A DNA stretch of 64,000 nucleotides from Proteromonas lacertae (taxonomy: Eukaryota), in NCBI GenBank assembly GCA_002245135.1, contig NGBS01000004.1, forward strand, positions 248,001 to 312,000, written 5' to 3'. This document shows, piece after piece, positions 12,616-25,164 of the stretch. Both the position numbers and the translations under genes were made by a program. The first letter of the stretch is position 1, and each line of letters opens with the position of its first letter. The notes under the pieces were generated by a model. It was not told the origin of the DNA. It did no database searches and saw only the letters and a list, made by a program, of their open reading frames with translations.

Positions 12616-13737
12616 TTAATTTGAAGTTTCTGTCATTGTACAAGCCAATCCTCCATATCCTGGGTGACATGTACATGTTCCTGTTGTTTTATCACATACA
12701 CCATTACCACCACATTCTATTGCATATCCTCCTTCATTCTTATATTCAATCGCTGTTCCTGTGTATGCTTTATAACCAGTAATACCTTCCAAATCAGCTA
12801 TTGATAATCCATGATTCAAGTATTCATCATTGCCACTTATATCTGCTGCAGTTATTACTTTGATTTTTGGTTGTTTTCCTGTTTGTTGTCCTCCATATTT
12901 TATTGTTATTTTTGATACTGAAGTTGGGGTTGTAATATATGCTTTTGTTTCTCTATCAATCACTCCGATAGGTAATCTTTGCAATGCATCATTCCATCCT
13001 AATGGAGTATTAATATTTGGTTCTCCTGCAGTATCAGCTGCTAGTATAGAAGCACAAAATCTATCACTATAATATTTTCGATTAAACATATCAGTATATT
13101 CCAAATAAACCATACAAGCATTAGGAGTTCCAGTAGGATTTGGAACAGCAAGGAGTATAAATGTTATAATTTGTTCTGATAGTGATGGAGTTTCACAATC
13201 ACTCACTTCTAAATAACCAGTTGGACATTTTTCTAATGAAAAATAAATAAAGAAATAAAATACTTTCACTACAATCTCCTCCTGTGTATTCTTTATCACA
13301 GATACAAACATATTGTATTTCATTAACAGGAAGAATTGCTTGTTGTGCAACATATTCATATTCTTTTAAATCTGAATTGTATTTTGCAGTGTTTTATGTG
13401 TACACATCTTCCATGATTATTGCAATTATTTGTACACCAAAATCTATTACACGTTGCACCAGAAAATCCACCAGTACATGAACACAAGCCTGTAGTTTCA
13501 TCACAACTACCATGATTCCCACATTCAATCATAGCTCCATTTACATCAACTGATGGACATATTCCTATAATTATATAATGTATATATATTACTTTTAGAA
13601 CAATCACCTTCTTTATAACCGGAGTAGCAAGTACATCGTTGATTCTGATTACAAAACCCATGTCCACTACAACCATTAGGGCAACTAGCCAATACGGTCA
13701 ATACTATACTCAATAAAAAGAAAAATAAATTTTTCAT
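12616..13737 (-). CDS. Secreted tenascin-like EGF-repeat protein
   Basis: Signal peptide MKNLFFFLLSIVLTVLA, then repeats CPNGCSGHGFC, CGNHGSCDETTGLCSC and CGGNGVCDKTTGTCTC. Two introns and one apparent +1 indel in an A-run near 13393. Confidence 0.8.
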
Positions 13738-13854
13738 CTTCAAACAAGCTTGACAAACAACGGATACTTTTTTAGATGTTTTTTGATTTTCTTTACAAAC
13801 AGTAATACAATTAATATAACCACAAAATAATTATCAGTATTAATAAATATACAC

Positions 13855-15404
13855 TTATGCATCATCATTATTATTATCTCTTTTTCTTGGAGGTGAAATT
13901 AGTGGATTTCTTTTCATTTTAGATCTCATAGTAGGTGACATGATTGGAGAATTACTAACGACAATTATAAACAATAAAATTATATACGATCTTAAACTTG
14001 GCAATTGTGTATGAACTTTTGGAGTTAATCTTAAAGGAGTTGAATTATTAGATAAATCTTGATTATTAGATCTTACCCTACATATATAATATATATAATT
14101 AATACGGTGTAGAATCAGCAACAATTGGAGAAGCTAAATACATAATAAATAGTGATGATATATATACGATCTGGAGTTCCTTCAATTACCATCCCATCTT
14201 CTTCATCATCACCAAATTTCAATGGTTTTCTAATATCCCACGGTAAATCTTCATTCTTAAAACTACTATTGATACTTCTGCCACTACTACTTCTATTACT
14301 TATAAATGAGGATGATGTTTGGAATGAATAGGAAGTATATGTATTTATAGTTCCTTTTACTTGAACTTGAGTGAAGGCTAATTGACTTCTACCTTGTGAT
14401 TGTATTCGTACATATCGACCACTTATATCTGGAAAATCAACTGATAATTTCATTCCATTTAGATTACACTATAAATAATAAATAATAATAATAATAACTG
14501 ATTATTTATACTTTCTTAAATATTACACATCTTCTTTTACTAGATTCTATTTCAGTCATTCCAGATCTGCGAGCTTGACTTGATAAACCAAATGGTTTTA
14601 ATGATATAAATACACTATAATAATAACCTAATAAATAAATACTAAAATGATTGTTCTGGAATGATAAATGATTTTCTATTATTCACAGCATTCCATATTA
14701 TTATTTCATTTATTATATAATTCTGACCTAAATCTACCTGCCAATAGGGATCTTTCTCTATATTAGTAATTGCATTATATTTATCACCAAATTGCGGAAT
14801 TCCAGTAACTGCATTGGAAGATGATAAACAGTTAAACACACTTGATTGTTCTGTTTCTTTACCCATTGAGATTGTGTTATTTGTCCATATTTTCTCATGT
14901 TTCATTTCATTTGCCAATAGTACTATAAATTCACTATTTATAATATTGCTATAAATCAATAGATGATACAGATCACAAGATCTTGGTGGTGGAGAGCTAG
15001 GAGTGGATAAATAAGAATCTAATATTTCTGCACATAGTTTACATATCAATATTTCACTACTATTTTGAAATGTAACTCATAAGGTTATACTTAATTATTG
15101 GATTTTTACAATTCCATAGTTTACGAACAGAATCAATATCATCAAAGTTATAATAATCTATTAATTAAATTGATGATATATTATACCAACTAGGTTTATT
15201 CTAGAAAATGGATATTCACATAAAGAGCATCTAATTTTCTCATTTTTTATTCCAAGGAGTTTATGTTGTAATATATCAATGTCTTTTTTGGGTGGTCTCC
15301 CTTGCGACTTTAAAAAATAATAAAACAAATATATACTTGAAAGAAAAGTTGTTCAGTCCTATAGAATATATAAAATGAATATACGATGATTGAGGAATAG
15401 CCAT
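13855..15404 (-). CDS. Multi-exon protein with Cys-pair (Zn-binding-like) segments and an F5/8 type C / fucolectin-like domain
   Basis: DPYWQVDLGQNYIINEIIIWN and GRYVRIQ motifs. CSLCEYPF and ICKLC pairs. Many short GT-AG introns. Ends approximate. Confidence 0.6.
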
Positions 15405-15591
15405 TATATGCTTGTTATAATGAAATAAATAAATAATAAATATATATGCGTTTCATTACATGCGAAACGGTTATACTTTCTATAATCAAATATTTCATTT
15501 TACAAGCATTTTTTTATCATTCTATTATTTTATATAATCATAATACACAAATTTATAAAAAATATATTAATAAAAATAGATATATATCATA

Positions 15592-17613
15592 TTATTCATA
15601 ATCAAAATCTAAATTAAAATAAAGAATAAATAAACATACCTTCAGGGTTAAGCACACCACTTTGTGGCATAGGTAATGGAACAGGTGGATGACTTTCTTG
15701 CGAAGTAGGCAAAGAAAGATTAGGAATACTTGAATCAGAAACTGATGAAGAATGTCTAATAGGATTTGGCTTATTTGGTTGAATATTCTTTGATTTCATA
15801 TATTCTAACAATTGTGTAGGTATTTCATCTAACAACTCCTTAGCTATTTCTCTTTGTGATAATTTAATCACTTCATTCATTGGAACAAATTGCACAATAT
15901 CTCTTTCAGCTTTTACTCCATCATATTCTAAACGAACTTCATCTCCATCTAATATTCGCATATTACTAAAATCAGCATCACCTACTCCTACGATTAATAC
16001 TGATAGAGGTAGTTTACTACAGTAAATATCACATCAAATTAAAGAAATATAAATTTTCAAATCATAAATATAACTATTCAAAACAACAATTCAAAAAACA
16101 ATAAAATAAAAAAGGATATTTGAACAAGCAATTCTATTGTTTCATCCATATCATCTATCACTCCATCTGTTATTATTAATAGAATCAAATATTTCTGCTT
16201 CAGGTAATAAATCTTCATAACTTTCTGCTACACTAGCTGCTGTCTGTAATATCTCACTAAATAGAGTTGGACCACAAAATCTTATTGACTTCATTATCTT
16301 ATGATAACTATTGATTATTCCACTCATTCCATATACTTCAGGATTACATTCATCACCATTGATTGGAAAACAATGACGAATTTCACCTTCATAAAAACAT
16401 CCAAATCCATAACTTGGAAATAGTTTATCACTGTCATAATGTTCTAATACATTTCCTACCATCTTTATTGCACTTTCATATTCATTATCACTTTGAACCA
16501 TTTATATAATGCAAAGAATCTCTCTCACTTGGATCTCCATTACTACCTGTAAAATCTATTGCTACCATAAAAGTTTAATTCACAACCACCTTTTATATAA
16601 CTTAAAAATGTTGGTTGTTTTATTATTTCACATTTCATTATTGATAATTTTCCTATCTTTTCACCTCGCATTTTTAAATCCATCTCTTTCTTTCGCTGAA
16701 ATCCATTTATATTACTTTGACAGTTACACAATAATAAATGTTGACCATTTTTACCCCACAAGTAGATTTCAAATATTAATGGACGATAATAATCTCCATT
16801 ACACAATTTTTGACTTAATATTTCTATTCGATCAAATATTATCTCACCACTTTTATTATTCTTTACTTCACTTCGATAACAAGCATCACTTATATTATTC
16901 TCACCTTTTCGATTGATTATTAAAAAAATATCACCATTTGGAATATTTTTACATCCTAATTCTAAAACGATTTTATCATTCTTTTGACTGATTTCTTCAC
17001 TGTGAATTAAGATTTTACCCCAATCTTTATTCTTATCATTATTATTTACTAGTTTATGATATTCTTGTTTCTTCGCACAATGAATATCTTTTAATGATAA
17101 ATCTATATATCCTATCATATCTTGCTCTTCAATACGAAGTTAAAACAAAACAATTAAAGAATTTCTATTAAAAAACAAAGAATAAGGATATATTTTCAGG
17201 TGGAACATTAAAATCATTTGCATCATATACAACGAATCTCATTGTCTGTACTACTTCGAAGTAGTAGTTAACTCTGAAAGAACGAATAAATTTTGGACTA
17301 AATGTTTACATTATGAATTTTAAAAATACTTTGGATCATCTATCAATACCTCAGTTCTTCCCAATTCCTTCCATCTACCATTTTCAGCCATATACACAAC
17401 AACGAAAGGATCAGAGTTAGAAGTAGCATCCATTTGGGCTAAACTCTTACACTGAATGGTTAGCTAAAATTATTAGAAATAATATAATACTTGAACAGCT
17501 GAAGAAGAATCAGAATCAAGGTCTTCTACAGCATCATCAACATCAGTGTGGTCAGATGCTCCAATACAAGAAGATTTTATTTGCACTTGGTGATTTATAT
17601 CATCATAATCCAT
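15592..17613 (-). CDS. Copine copy B (three 1-nt insertions relative to copy A; assembly error or young pseudogene)
   Basis: Same motifs as copy A with a distinct N-terminus and a Pro/Ser-rich C-terminus. U12-type introns at 16022-16119 and 17140-17191. Confidence 0.82.
16022..16119 (-). other. U12-type AT-AC intron (98 nt), duplicate of 12105-12202
   Basis: Reverse complement of the copy-A intron with at least one substitution. Confidence 0.88.
17140..17191 (-). other. U12-type intron, probably AT-AA (52 nt)
   Basis: 5' ATATCCTTA, branch TCTTTAAT. Frame and alignment to copy A (PEN/LRIEEQ vs PEK/IRIEEQ) put the end at TTTTAA. Confidence 0.72.
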
Positions 17614-17714
17614 GATTAAAACGAAATTAGAAATTCAAATCTATTTTGACAATTCTAATGTAAATTTGCACATAATGCTTATAAACACACATAACACATA
17701 CAAAAACAAAACGA

Positions 17715-18688
17715 TTATTTCATAAATATTTGATGCTGTCTAATTACTTCATCAATCATTGGTTTTTCTATATTTTCTTCTCCTTCTTTACGAATATGAA
17801 GAGCATTTACTTTACCTTCTCCACTGGGCAAATATAATATCACATGGTCATATCTACTCTCTAGTATATTTGCTATAATCATATCAGTGTGATATTTTTC
17901 AAAAGTTTCAACACATTTTTTCTCTAGTATCATTTCATCTGTCTCTAATTTGAATGAAATAATCATAGCATCAGGACACCATTTTTGTGTAACATCTTTC
18001 AATAATTTTGGTACATTATACAAATTCAATGTTAATCCATTATTCTCTCTTGATTGTATTTTATGTTCAAGCTATGAAAATCACATGTTAATATGTTATA
18101 CCATTATTGATTCTGGAATATAGAAATCAGATACAGCAGCTGCTAAATACATTATATTTGTTTTTTTATTACATAACAACGATAATTCTCTTAAATAATA
18201 CATATATTGAAATAACGTAACATATGGTATTTCTAATAGAAATTCTGGTTTGTTGTAGTCATTATAAAATTGAAGTAATTTTCTTACTTTTTCAATATAT
18301 TCTTTCTTTACTATCAAATTTTCATTATCAGTTGTTAAAACATTGAAAATATTCAAATCTGGTTTGAGATGGTTTTGAAATAACATTTGACTGCCTTCTC
18401 TATATAGGAATATAACTCTGTAATTATGTGATAAGAATTGTTCACCACTTAATGCACCTCTTGTTCCTGTTGAGAAATTATCGATAAATCTAACTGTATG
18501 TTTTTCCATAGGTACTTGAGTACCTCCTGATGTGATAATTGCTACTGGCATATCTGGCTTCATTTCTATAAATTCTTTAATCTTGTTGTGTATCTCTTCA
18601 ATATTCTATAAACAAACGACATTTGATTCATAAAATACTACAGGAGGTGTAGTTTGTTTAAAAAACTCTTCAGTAGATATTATTCCAT
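17715..18688 (-). CDS. PPCS: Phosphopantothenate--cysteine ligase
   Basis: ITSGGTQVPMEKHTVRFIDNFSTGTRGA, YLAAAVSDFYIP, HKIQS and ISFKLETD. Two GT-AG introns. Confidence 0.93.
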
Positions 18689-18854
18689 CTATTAATTAAT
18701 TAAATATATGATAATATTAAATTTCATTGAATATAATAAAAATTAAGAATAATTATACTTGATGATTCTTTAGACATTGAGTAAATTGAAAGAGAAGAAT
18801 CTCAAAAGTCAAGCCAAGCTAAACAGTTTTTTTCTTTAAACTTCATTTATTCAA

Positions 18855-21800
18855 ATGTCAAGTGAAAAACCTAAGAAAGATGAAGAGTATTGACATCTAC
18901 ATTGTTATATTGTATAGGAAAAAAGCAAAAGATATAATGAGGCCACTATTCAAAAAAGAAACAACAGTATTTATTGAATTTGATATGTGCATAGATATAT
19001 GTTACAGGTAGATATTTATGTCCAGGTGATTTTTTCCTAACACCAAGGAAGATTCCTGTTGATATATCTTTTTTTTAATATCAACTTGCTGGTTAAAATA
19101 GTTTCTTTAATAATATTCAATTGAAGAAAGATGTAGAAGTAAATTGTGTATCATGTGGTCAAGATTTCATATTAATCATGTCTACAGATGGTAGAATCTA
19201 TGGATGTGGTGATAATCAATACGGTCAACTTGGACTAGGTCATAATATTAGAGTCAGAGATTGTGCACAAATAACTACTCAAGATAACAAATTATTTAGT
19301 CAAGTATCAGCAGGATCTTATCATAGTGCGTTATTGAGTAATCAAGGTGATTTATACATGATGGGATGTGGTACATATGGTAGACTAGGCTTAGGAGACA
19401 ATGAACATAGAAATATACCAACAAAACTAGAAATCAATATAAAAGGATATGATCCAAAAAAAATTGTCGTTCAACAAGTATCTTGTGGAGATCAACATAC
19501 AATAATCTGTTTAAAAGAAACAGGAATGCAATCATTCAATAGTAATGAAGAAAGTGATGCAGTAATGCAAGCAGGTGATGTTTTAGTGTGGGGTAATGGA
19601 AGACAAGGTAGATTAGGATTAGGAAATGAAGAAGATGTATATACACCCACATTATTAAAATATTTCTCCAAACATACAATCGGTAATAGAGAAATAGAGA
19701 AAACCTCTATTATTCATTTAGTTAGTGCTGGTTTTAGTCATAGCGCATGTGTTGATACTCAAGGAAGAGTTTATACTTGGGGTGATGGTGGTGATGGTAG
19801 ATTAGGTCATGGAAATGAGAATAGTAAATGGGAACCAACACTTGTACATGGTTTAGGTAGTAGTATAGTGACTAGTATATCCTGTGGAATGAGACATACA
19901 CTGTGTGTTGATAATATTGGTACTTGTTATAGTTGGGGAAGAGGTCAGTATGGTAGATTGGGAATTGGGAATAGTAAAGATTATTCTATACCACAGATTG
20001 TGCCTGGTTTTAATAATAAATCATTGACTGTTTCTGCTGGATATAAAGTATTTATATATTTCTATTATAATTGTTATTTTATATAGCATTCCATGTTATT
20101 AAGTACAGATGGTCAGATGTATGTATTTGGTGATGGTACAAAAGGCAGATTAGGTTTAGGTGATCAAATAACACAATTAAGACCTGTTATATTGCCAAAT
20201 ATATTAGATGGTGAAGTAAAAGGTAATATTACTGCTTATTGTGCTGGATATGATGTTTCTGTAGTGGCTGTTATGTTTAGAATACCAATTGATATTAAAT
20301 CATTAAGTATTTTATAATTATTGTTTTATTGTTTTATTTATAGCTAAAGAAGAAGATAAGAAAACTCCAGAAGAAGAAGAATTAGATGCGATTCTATTAC
20401 AAGAAAGTCCACGAAGTAAATCAACTTCACCAGCATTACTAGAAAATATAAAAGCAACAGAACAATCCCCAAAAGAAGAAGAAGTAGTAGTAGTAGAAAA
20501 AGAGAATCCAAATATAGTCATTCATTTATCCAAACTTAGTAAATATAAAGAAGAACAAGAATCTCCAAATAAAGATAATGAAAATGATAATCAAGGTTTT
20601 AGTATATTATCACCAAGAGATCAAGAAGGAGGAGGTGACAAAGTTGATTATGCAAATTTACCTTGGGTATGTGAGAAATGTGGTTGGACTAATGATTTCT
20701 TATTAAGTACTTGTAGTCAATGTTTAGAAAAGAATCCAAGACCAATTTATAGAGATGATGATTTAGAAAATGTATATTATTATATATGATGTATTATTAT
20801 TATTATATAGTGGCCTTGTAAAGAAAAACCTTATTATTTAACATTAAGAGCCTATAATCCGTCATTCCCGCCAGTTCCAGAGCCAAAGAAAGTTCCTCCA
20901 CTTGTTAAATTGTATTAATTATATAATTGGGTTATTAATTCAAATAGAATGAAAGGACCAAAGAAACTAACACCAGAAGAAGAAACTAGACGATATATCT
21001 GGATGAATAATGTAATATATGATCAAAACAAATGGATGGAAACTCATAGAACAGATGATACAGCTTTCCAAACAACATTACCATTAGATGAAAGATTTAG
21101 ACAACGACCACCTGATTGTAATGTCGCTTATTACAATCCCAAACAAAAAACAATAGAAAAAACAATAGAAGAATTTGGTAAATACAGAACACCAACTGAT
21201 CATATATCACCAAGGTTTAAAGAAACTCCAAACAACAATCCAGGTCCAGGTAGTTATCCTGGTATTAGGCCAAAAATGTCAGCATATTACTTACACAATT
21301 GGCAAATCTCAAGCTCCATTTAGAGCGCCATTAGTGAAGAATAATGATCCATCTCCTGTTACTTACCATCCTGAAATTGCTGATAAAATATATAAACCAA
21401 TATTACCAACATTTTCAGTTCCAAAAGAAGGAATTGAAGAAAAGCCAAAAGCTGAACCAACACCTGGTCCTGGTCATTATTCACCTATTGTATCTCCTAG
21501 AAATCCAGTTTATCCATCTTTACATCCCAAGAGGAGATACAGCTTTAGATCAAGCTGTAAAATCAAGGAAATGGGTTCCAGGTCCAAATTCATATAAAGT
21601 ATTTATTTCTTTAATTTTATTATTTTAATATAGATATCTGATTATTCTAAAAGAACAGCACCTTCTTATTCAATTGGTCATGAAACTGATAATTTAGACT
21701 CCTTCTTTATTGATTATGATAATACCTTTTCTACACCTGGACCAAGCTCTTATGATAATCCTTCAGATTTTGGTAAAGTCAATGCTGGTATATCGTTTGA

Positions 21801-21948
21801 TAAATCTCCTAAACTACCAGATCCACTACTGAATGGTGTTCCTCCTATTACATATTATCATCCACAGCCAGAAATTATAGAACCTCAACCTCCCAAGTTT
21901 TCATTTGGTAAAGGTCATGGTAGAATGAGATGGGAACATGTTATATAA
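18855..21948 (+). CDS. RCC1-repeat beta-propeller + RanBP2-type zinc finger + sperm-tail PG-rich (STPG/SHIPPO-like) repeats
   Basis: RCC1 repeats (GxxGQLGLG, VSAGxxHS). Intron 20307-20343 links in frame to an acidic linker and WVCEKCGWTN......CSQC. Repeats PGPGSY, PGPGHY, PGPNSY and PGPSSY follow. Two apparent +1 indels near 21285 and 21527. Confidence 0.72.
19064..19126 (+). other. U12-type intron (AT-AA ending 19120 or AT-AG ending 19126)
   Basis: 5' ATATCTTTTT after a GAT codon, branch-like TTTCTTTAAT. Both 3' ends are in frame with the RCC1 ORF. Confidence 0.7.
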
Positions 21949-22116
21949 TAAATAGTTTTAAAATTCATTTTCATTATTTATTTAATCTCTTATTTTTAAT
22001 ATACGTATGTTGATATTTATGAAATAATTGTAAGAAAATAACAATAATTAACTCCCAATTTTCATACACAAAAAAGAATATAGATAACCGTATTAGTCCC
22101 GTTTATTATTTTCAAT

Positions 22117-22747
22117 TTAATTTGATGGAATTTCAATTTCACCTGAGTTAATTTTAGCTGTAATATCTCTTGGATGAGAACCATCAACTGTAATACCAAC
22201 TGAATATGCAGTTCCTAAGACTTCTTTAACGGTTCCTGATAATTCTTTAGCCATTGATCTATCACGGAGTGTTCTTGCAATTGTAATAATTTGATCTAAA
22301 GTTAAGTTTCCACTGTGTGTGACTATTTATTGAATAATTTATTAAAAAATACATTTAGCACCTTTGTTTGCTTTTCTATCATGTGGTGGTTCTTTAAGTT
22401 CTTTAATTAAAAGGGATGAAGCACTTGGTACAACTTCTACTGTAGCTACACGGTTTACAACTGTTAATCTGACCATAACTTTTAATCCTTTCCATTCCAT
22501 TGTGGCTTTTTGGATATCTTCACCGATTTTCTTTGGTGACTAAAAATAATAATAAAAAAATAGATATACTAAACCTAGTGGACCAACTTTTGGAGCAAGT
22601 GCAGAAGCAGCACCTACTTCTCCACCTACAGCCTTCATCATGACTATAAAATGTTACAATATATTCAATATGTTAATTTAATAGTATATAATAACAGGAT
22701 ATATTCATACTAACTTTTGCTTCAGCAGGAGCAGCGGGAGGGGCCAT
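22117..22747 (-). CDS. RPL12: 60S ribosomal protein L12 (uL11), 4 exons; absent from the ORF track
   Basis: Spliced translation ...[43 protein letters not shown]...[21 protein letters not shown]...[11 protein letters not shown]...[18 protein letters not shown]. Confidence 0.96.
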
Positions 22748-22844
22748 TATTTATATAATGAGGTTATCTAAAATAGGGTAATGTGTATCTAATTCCGGCC
22801 ACAAGCTAAAGTTTGAGAAGTGAAACGAAGAGTTTCTTATAATT

Positions 22845-23616
22845 ATGTTTAGAAACAATTACTTCCACTATTTACGTTCATTTTCTTCTCAATCATTTTT
22901 GGAGAATAAAGAGAAGACATACTACGAAATTCTTGGAATAGATAGATATGCTACCCAATCTCAAGTTGTAGATGCATACAATAGAAAATGTATATTTAAA
23001 TGTATTTTATATCTTATTAGTAAAAGAGATCCATGATAAACCAGGTGAAGGAGATGTATTTTATTATTGTTATATATTGTTTATGAGCTAGAAGTTTTTA
23101 GTACAACAAATTAATGATGCATGTGAAGTCTTAACAAATCATACCAAAAGACTTCGATACAATCAGCAACATCCTGTTAAAGATCCAACTGTTTTATCAA
23201 CAAATCCAATATTTGAAGGAGATAATAGAACAGAACATAAACAAAACAATGAAGGAAAAACAAAAACATTCCATACAACTGTTCCACATATTGAAATCAT
23301 TCAAGGATCAAGAGATGTTGATTATACGTATATATGTGATATTAGTTGTAATAAATAGAGAGAAAAGAATAAAGAGTAAGAATGAATTAAATGTCACAAG
23401 ATATTCACCAGGTCATAGAAACTATATACCACCAAGAAAATTACCTGTTCCATCACATACAAATATCATTTTTATAAATATACAGTGATTTATATAGTTT
23501 TTTTAATGATTATAAGTCATATCTTAGGTATTATTGCAGTGCCAGTTGTAGTAGCAGGTATTTGGATATTTAATGTAATTTTAACTAAGAAAGAAATGAA
23601 GAAATATAAAGAATAA
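22845..23616 (+). CDS. J-domain (DnaJ) protein, probably mitochondrial, with C-terminal TM helix
   Basis: Presequence-like MFRNNYFHYLRSFSSQ, TYYEILGI, IHDKP (HPD variant), QQINDACEVL, and hydrophobic ILGIIAVPVVVAGIWIF near the end. Confidence 0.7.
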
Positions 23617-23767
23617 ATTAGTTTTCTTTTTTCACAGATTATTTATTCATAAATGCTTGTTTTCTTAAAAAATATATTTATTTGTTTTTAAAACAATAAA
23701 AAAGAGTATTAAAACAGTTAAAACAATATATATAATTTACCATGTTAAATTAGTTATAATTTCCACC

Positions 23768-24964
23768 TTATACAATTAGTTGAAGCCTTGATATTAATGA
23801 TCCAGTTCTATTCTTAGATTCAGTATAACTATTCATAAAATAACCTTCATCACATGTTAAATCACCTTTCACATTAAAAATAAAATCTTCTTCCTCTTTC
23901 TCTACTTCTTGAACTTTAGCTTTTATTTGTTTTGTTTTTTCATCTTCTACTTCATCATTATCATCATCTTCATCTTCTATTTTAACAGCATTTTCAGTAC
24001 TTTGAATTATTCCTCTATCAACTGATAATATTGATTCTTCATTTTTATTCTCATTCATTATTATTAATTCATCCAATTTCTTATGAAGATTATCAATTAT
24101 TTCTTTTGTAGATTCTTCTATATTTTTAATCTGATTTTCATATTTTGATTTTAATTCATTTAATTCTAATAATTTCTTCACTTTATATTCTTCAATCTCC
24201 TTCTTTGATTGCATTCTTATTTCATCTATTTCATCTACTCTATCTTCTATTTCTTTTAATAATCTTTCATTTTCTTCACTCAATTTACTCTTTTCATTGT
24301 TTACATCTTCAATATAGGTTTGATAATTACTTAATATTGATTTATATTGCTTTATTTTTGTCTCATATTTATTTTTCATCACATTAAATTCATTTTGAAA
24401 CACTTCTATTTTCTTAACATATTCTACTAATTTGGATTTTAATGTTGATAATGTTGATAGTGTTTGGAAATAATGGAATTGTATATTGGAATTCTTATTA
24501 TATAATAACATTAGATTATTGGTTAATTCAGTCAGACGATCACTATACTGTTGTGAAATATTATTAACAGTTTGATCTGAGGTATCTAGAGATAATTTAT
24601 CTATTAGAGTTTGATATTCATTTACTACTGATTTTATATCACATGATGATGATTTTAATGATTGTTCTATCTGAAATGATAATTGTACAGTTGAATTTGT
24701 TGATTCTGATGGAGGTGGTGGTTCATTTTGCAATGTTTCATCAAATTCTTGTGTTATCTCGGTAATTATATCATTTGATGATATTGATGGTGTGATTGCA
24801 GTGAGTTTCACTTCATTAACCTTGTGTTCCTTACAAAAATCAGATTCATTTTCAAGTACATTTTCAATCTCTTTTAAATAATTTTGAAGTGTGTTGTCGA
24901 TTTGTATTTCACTTGTTTCTTGTTTTGGACTATAAACCATAAAAAAATAAGTATACTCTTCCAT
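23768..24964 (-). CDS. Hypothetical coiled-coil protein (398 aa)
   Basis: Long intronless E/K-rich ORF with heptad character. Confidence 0.7.
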   Translation of the reverse strand: MEEYTYFFMVYSPKQETSEIQIDNTLQNYLKEIENVLENESDFCKEHKVNEVKLTAITPSISSNDIITEITQEFDETLQNEPPPPSESTNSTVQLSFQIEQSLKSSSCDIKSVVNEYQTLIDKLSLDTSDQTVNNISQQYSDRLTELTNNLMLLYNKNSNIQFHYFQTLSTLSTLKSKLVEYVKKIEVFQNEFNVMKNKYETKIKQYKSILSNYQTYIEDVNNEKSKLSEENERLLKEIEDRVDEIDEIRMQSKKEIEEYKVKKLLELNELKSKYENQIKNIEESTKEIIDNLHKKLDELIIMNENKNEESILSVDRGIIQSTENAVKIEDEDDDNDEVEDEKTKQIKAKVQEVEKEEEDFIFNVKGDLTCDEGYFMNSYTESKNRTGSLISRLQLIV

Positions 24965-25164
24965 AATAATCTATTATATGTTTTTAACAAAAATGATATA
25001 TAGATTAAATTGATTTATCTACTTAAGCAAGAGAAAATGAGAAATATAATGATTAGTTTGAAAAGGATTCAAGCTTAACAGTTTGATTTGTTTTAAATTC
25101 TATTTTGAATAAATCCATTTTTAAACACAACAACAACATTATTATATATATAATTACATCTTAA

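Larger units (their letters stand above)
11089..17138. repeat. Inverted duplication of the copine core: 11089-12340 vs 15884-17138, plus a shorter matching block ~10760-10905 vs ~17320-17457
   Basis: Near-identical reverse complements including the 98-nt intron. Three 1-nt insertions and a few substitutions in the minus copy. Confidence 0.9.

Noticed and set aside
13380..21540. Frameshifts in EGF, copine B and RCC1-STPG genes as programmed frameshifting or editing
   Set aside because: They are single-base insertions, mostly in homopolymers, and the two arms of the large inverted repeat differ by the same kind of indel, pointing to sequencing or assembly error.
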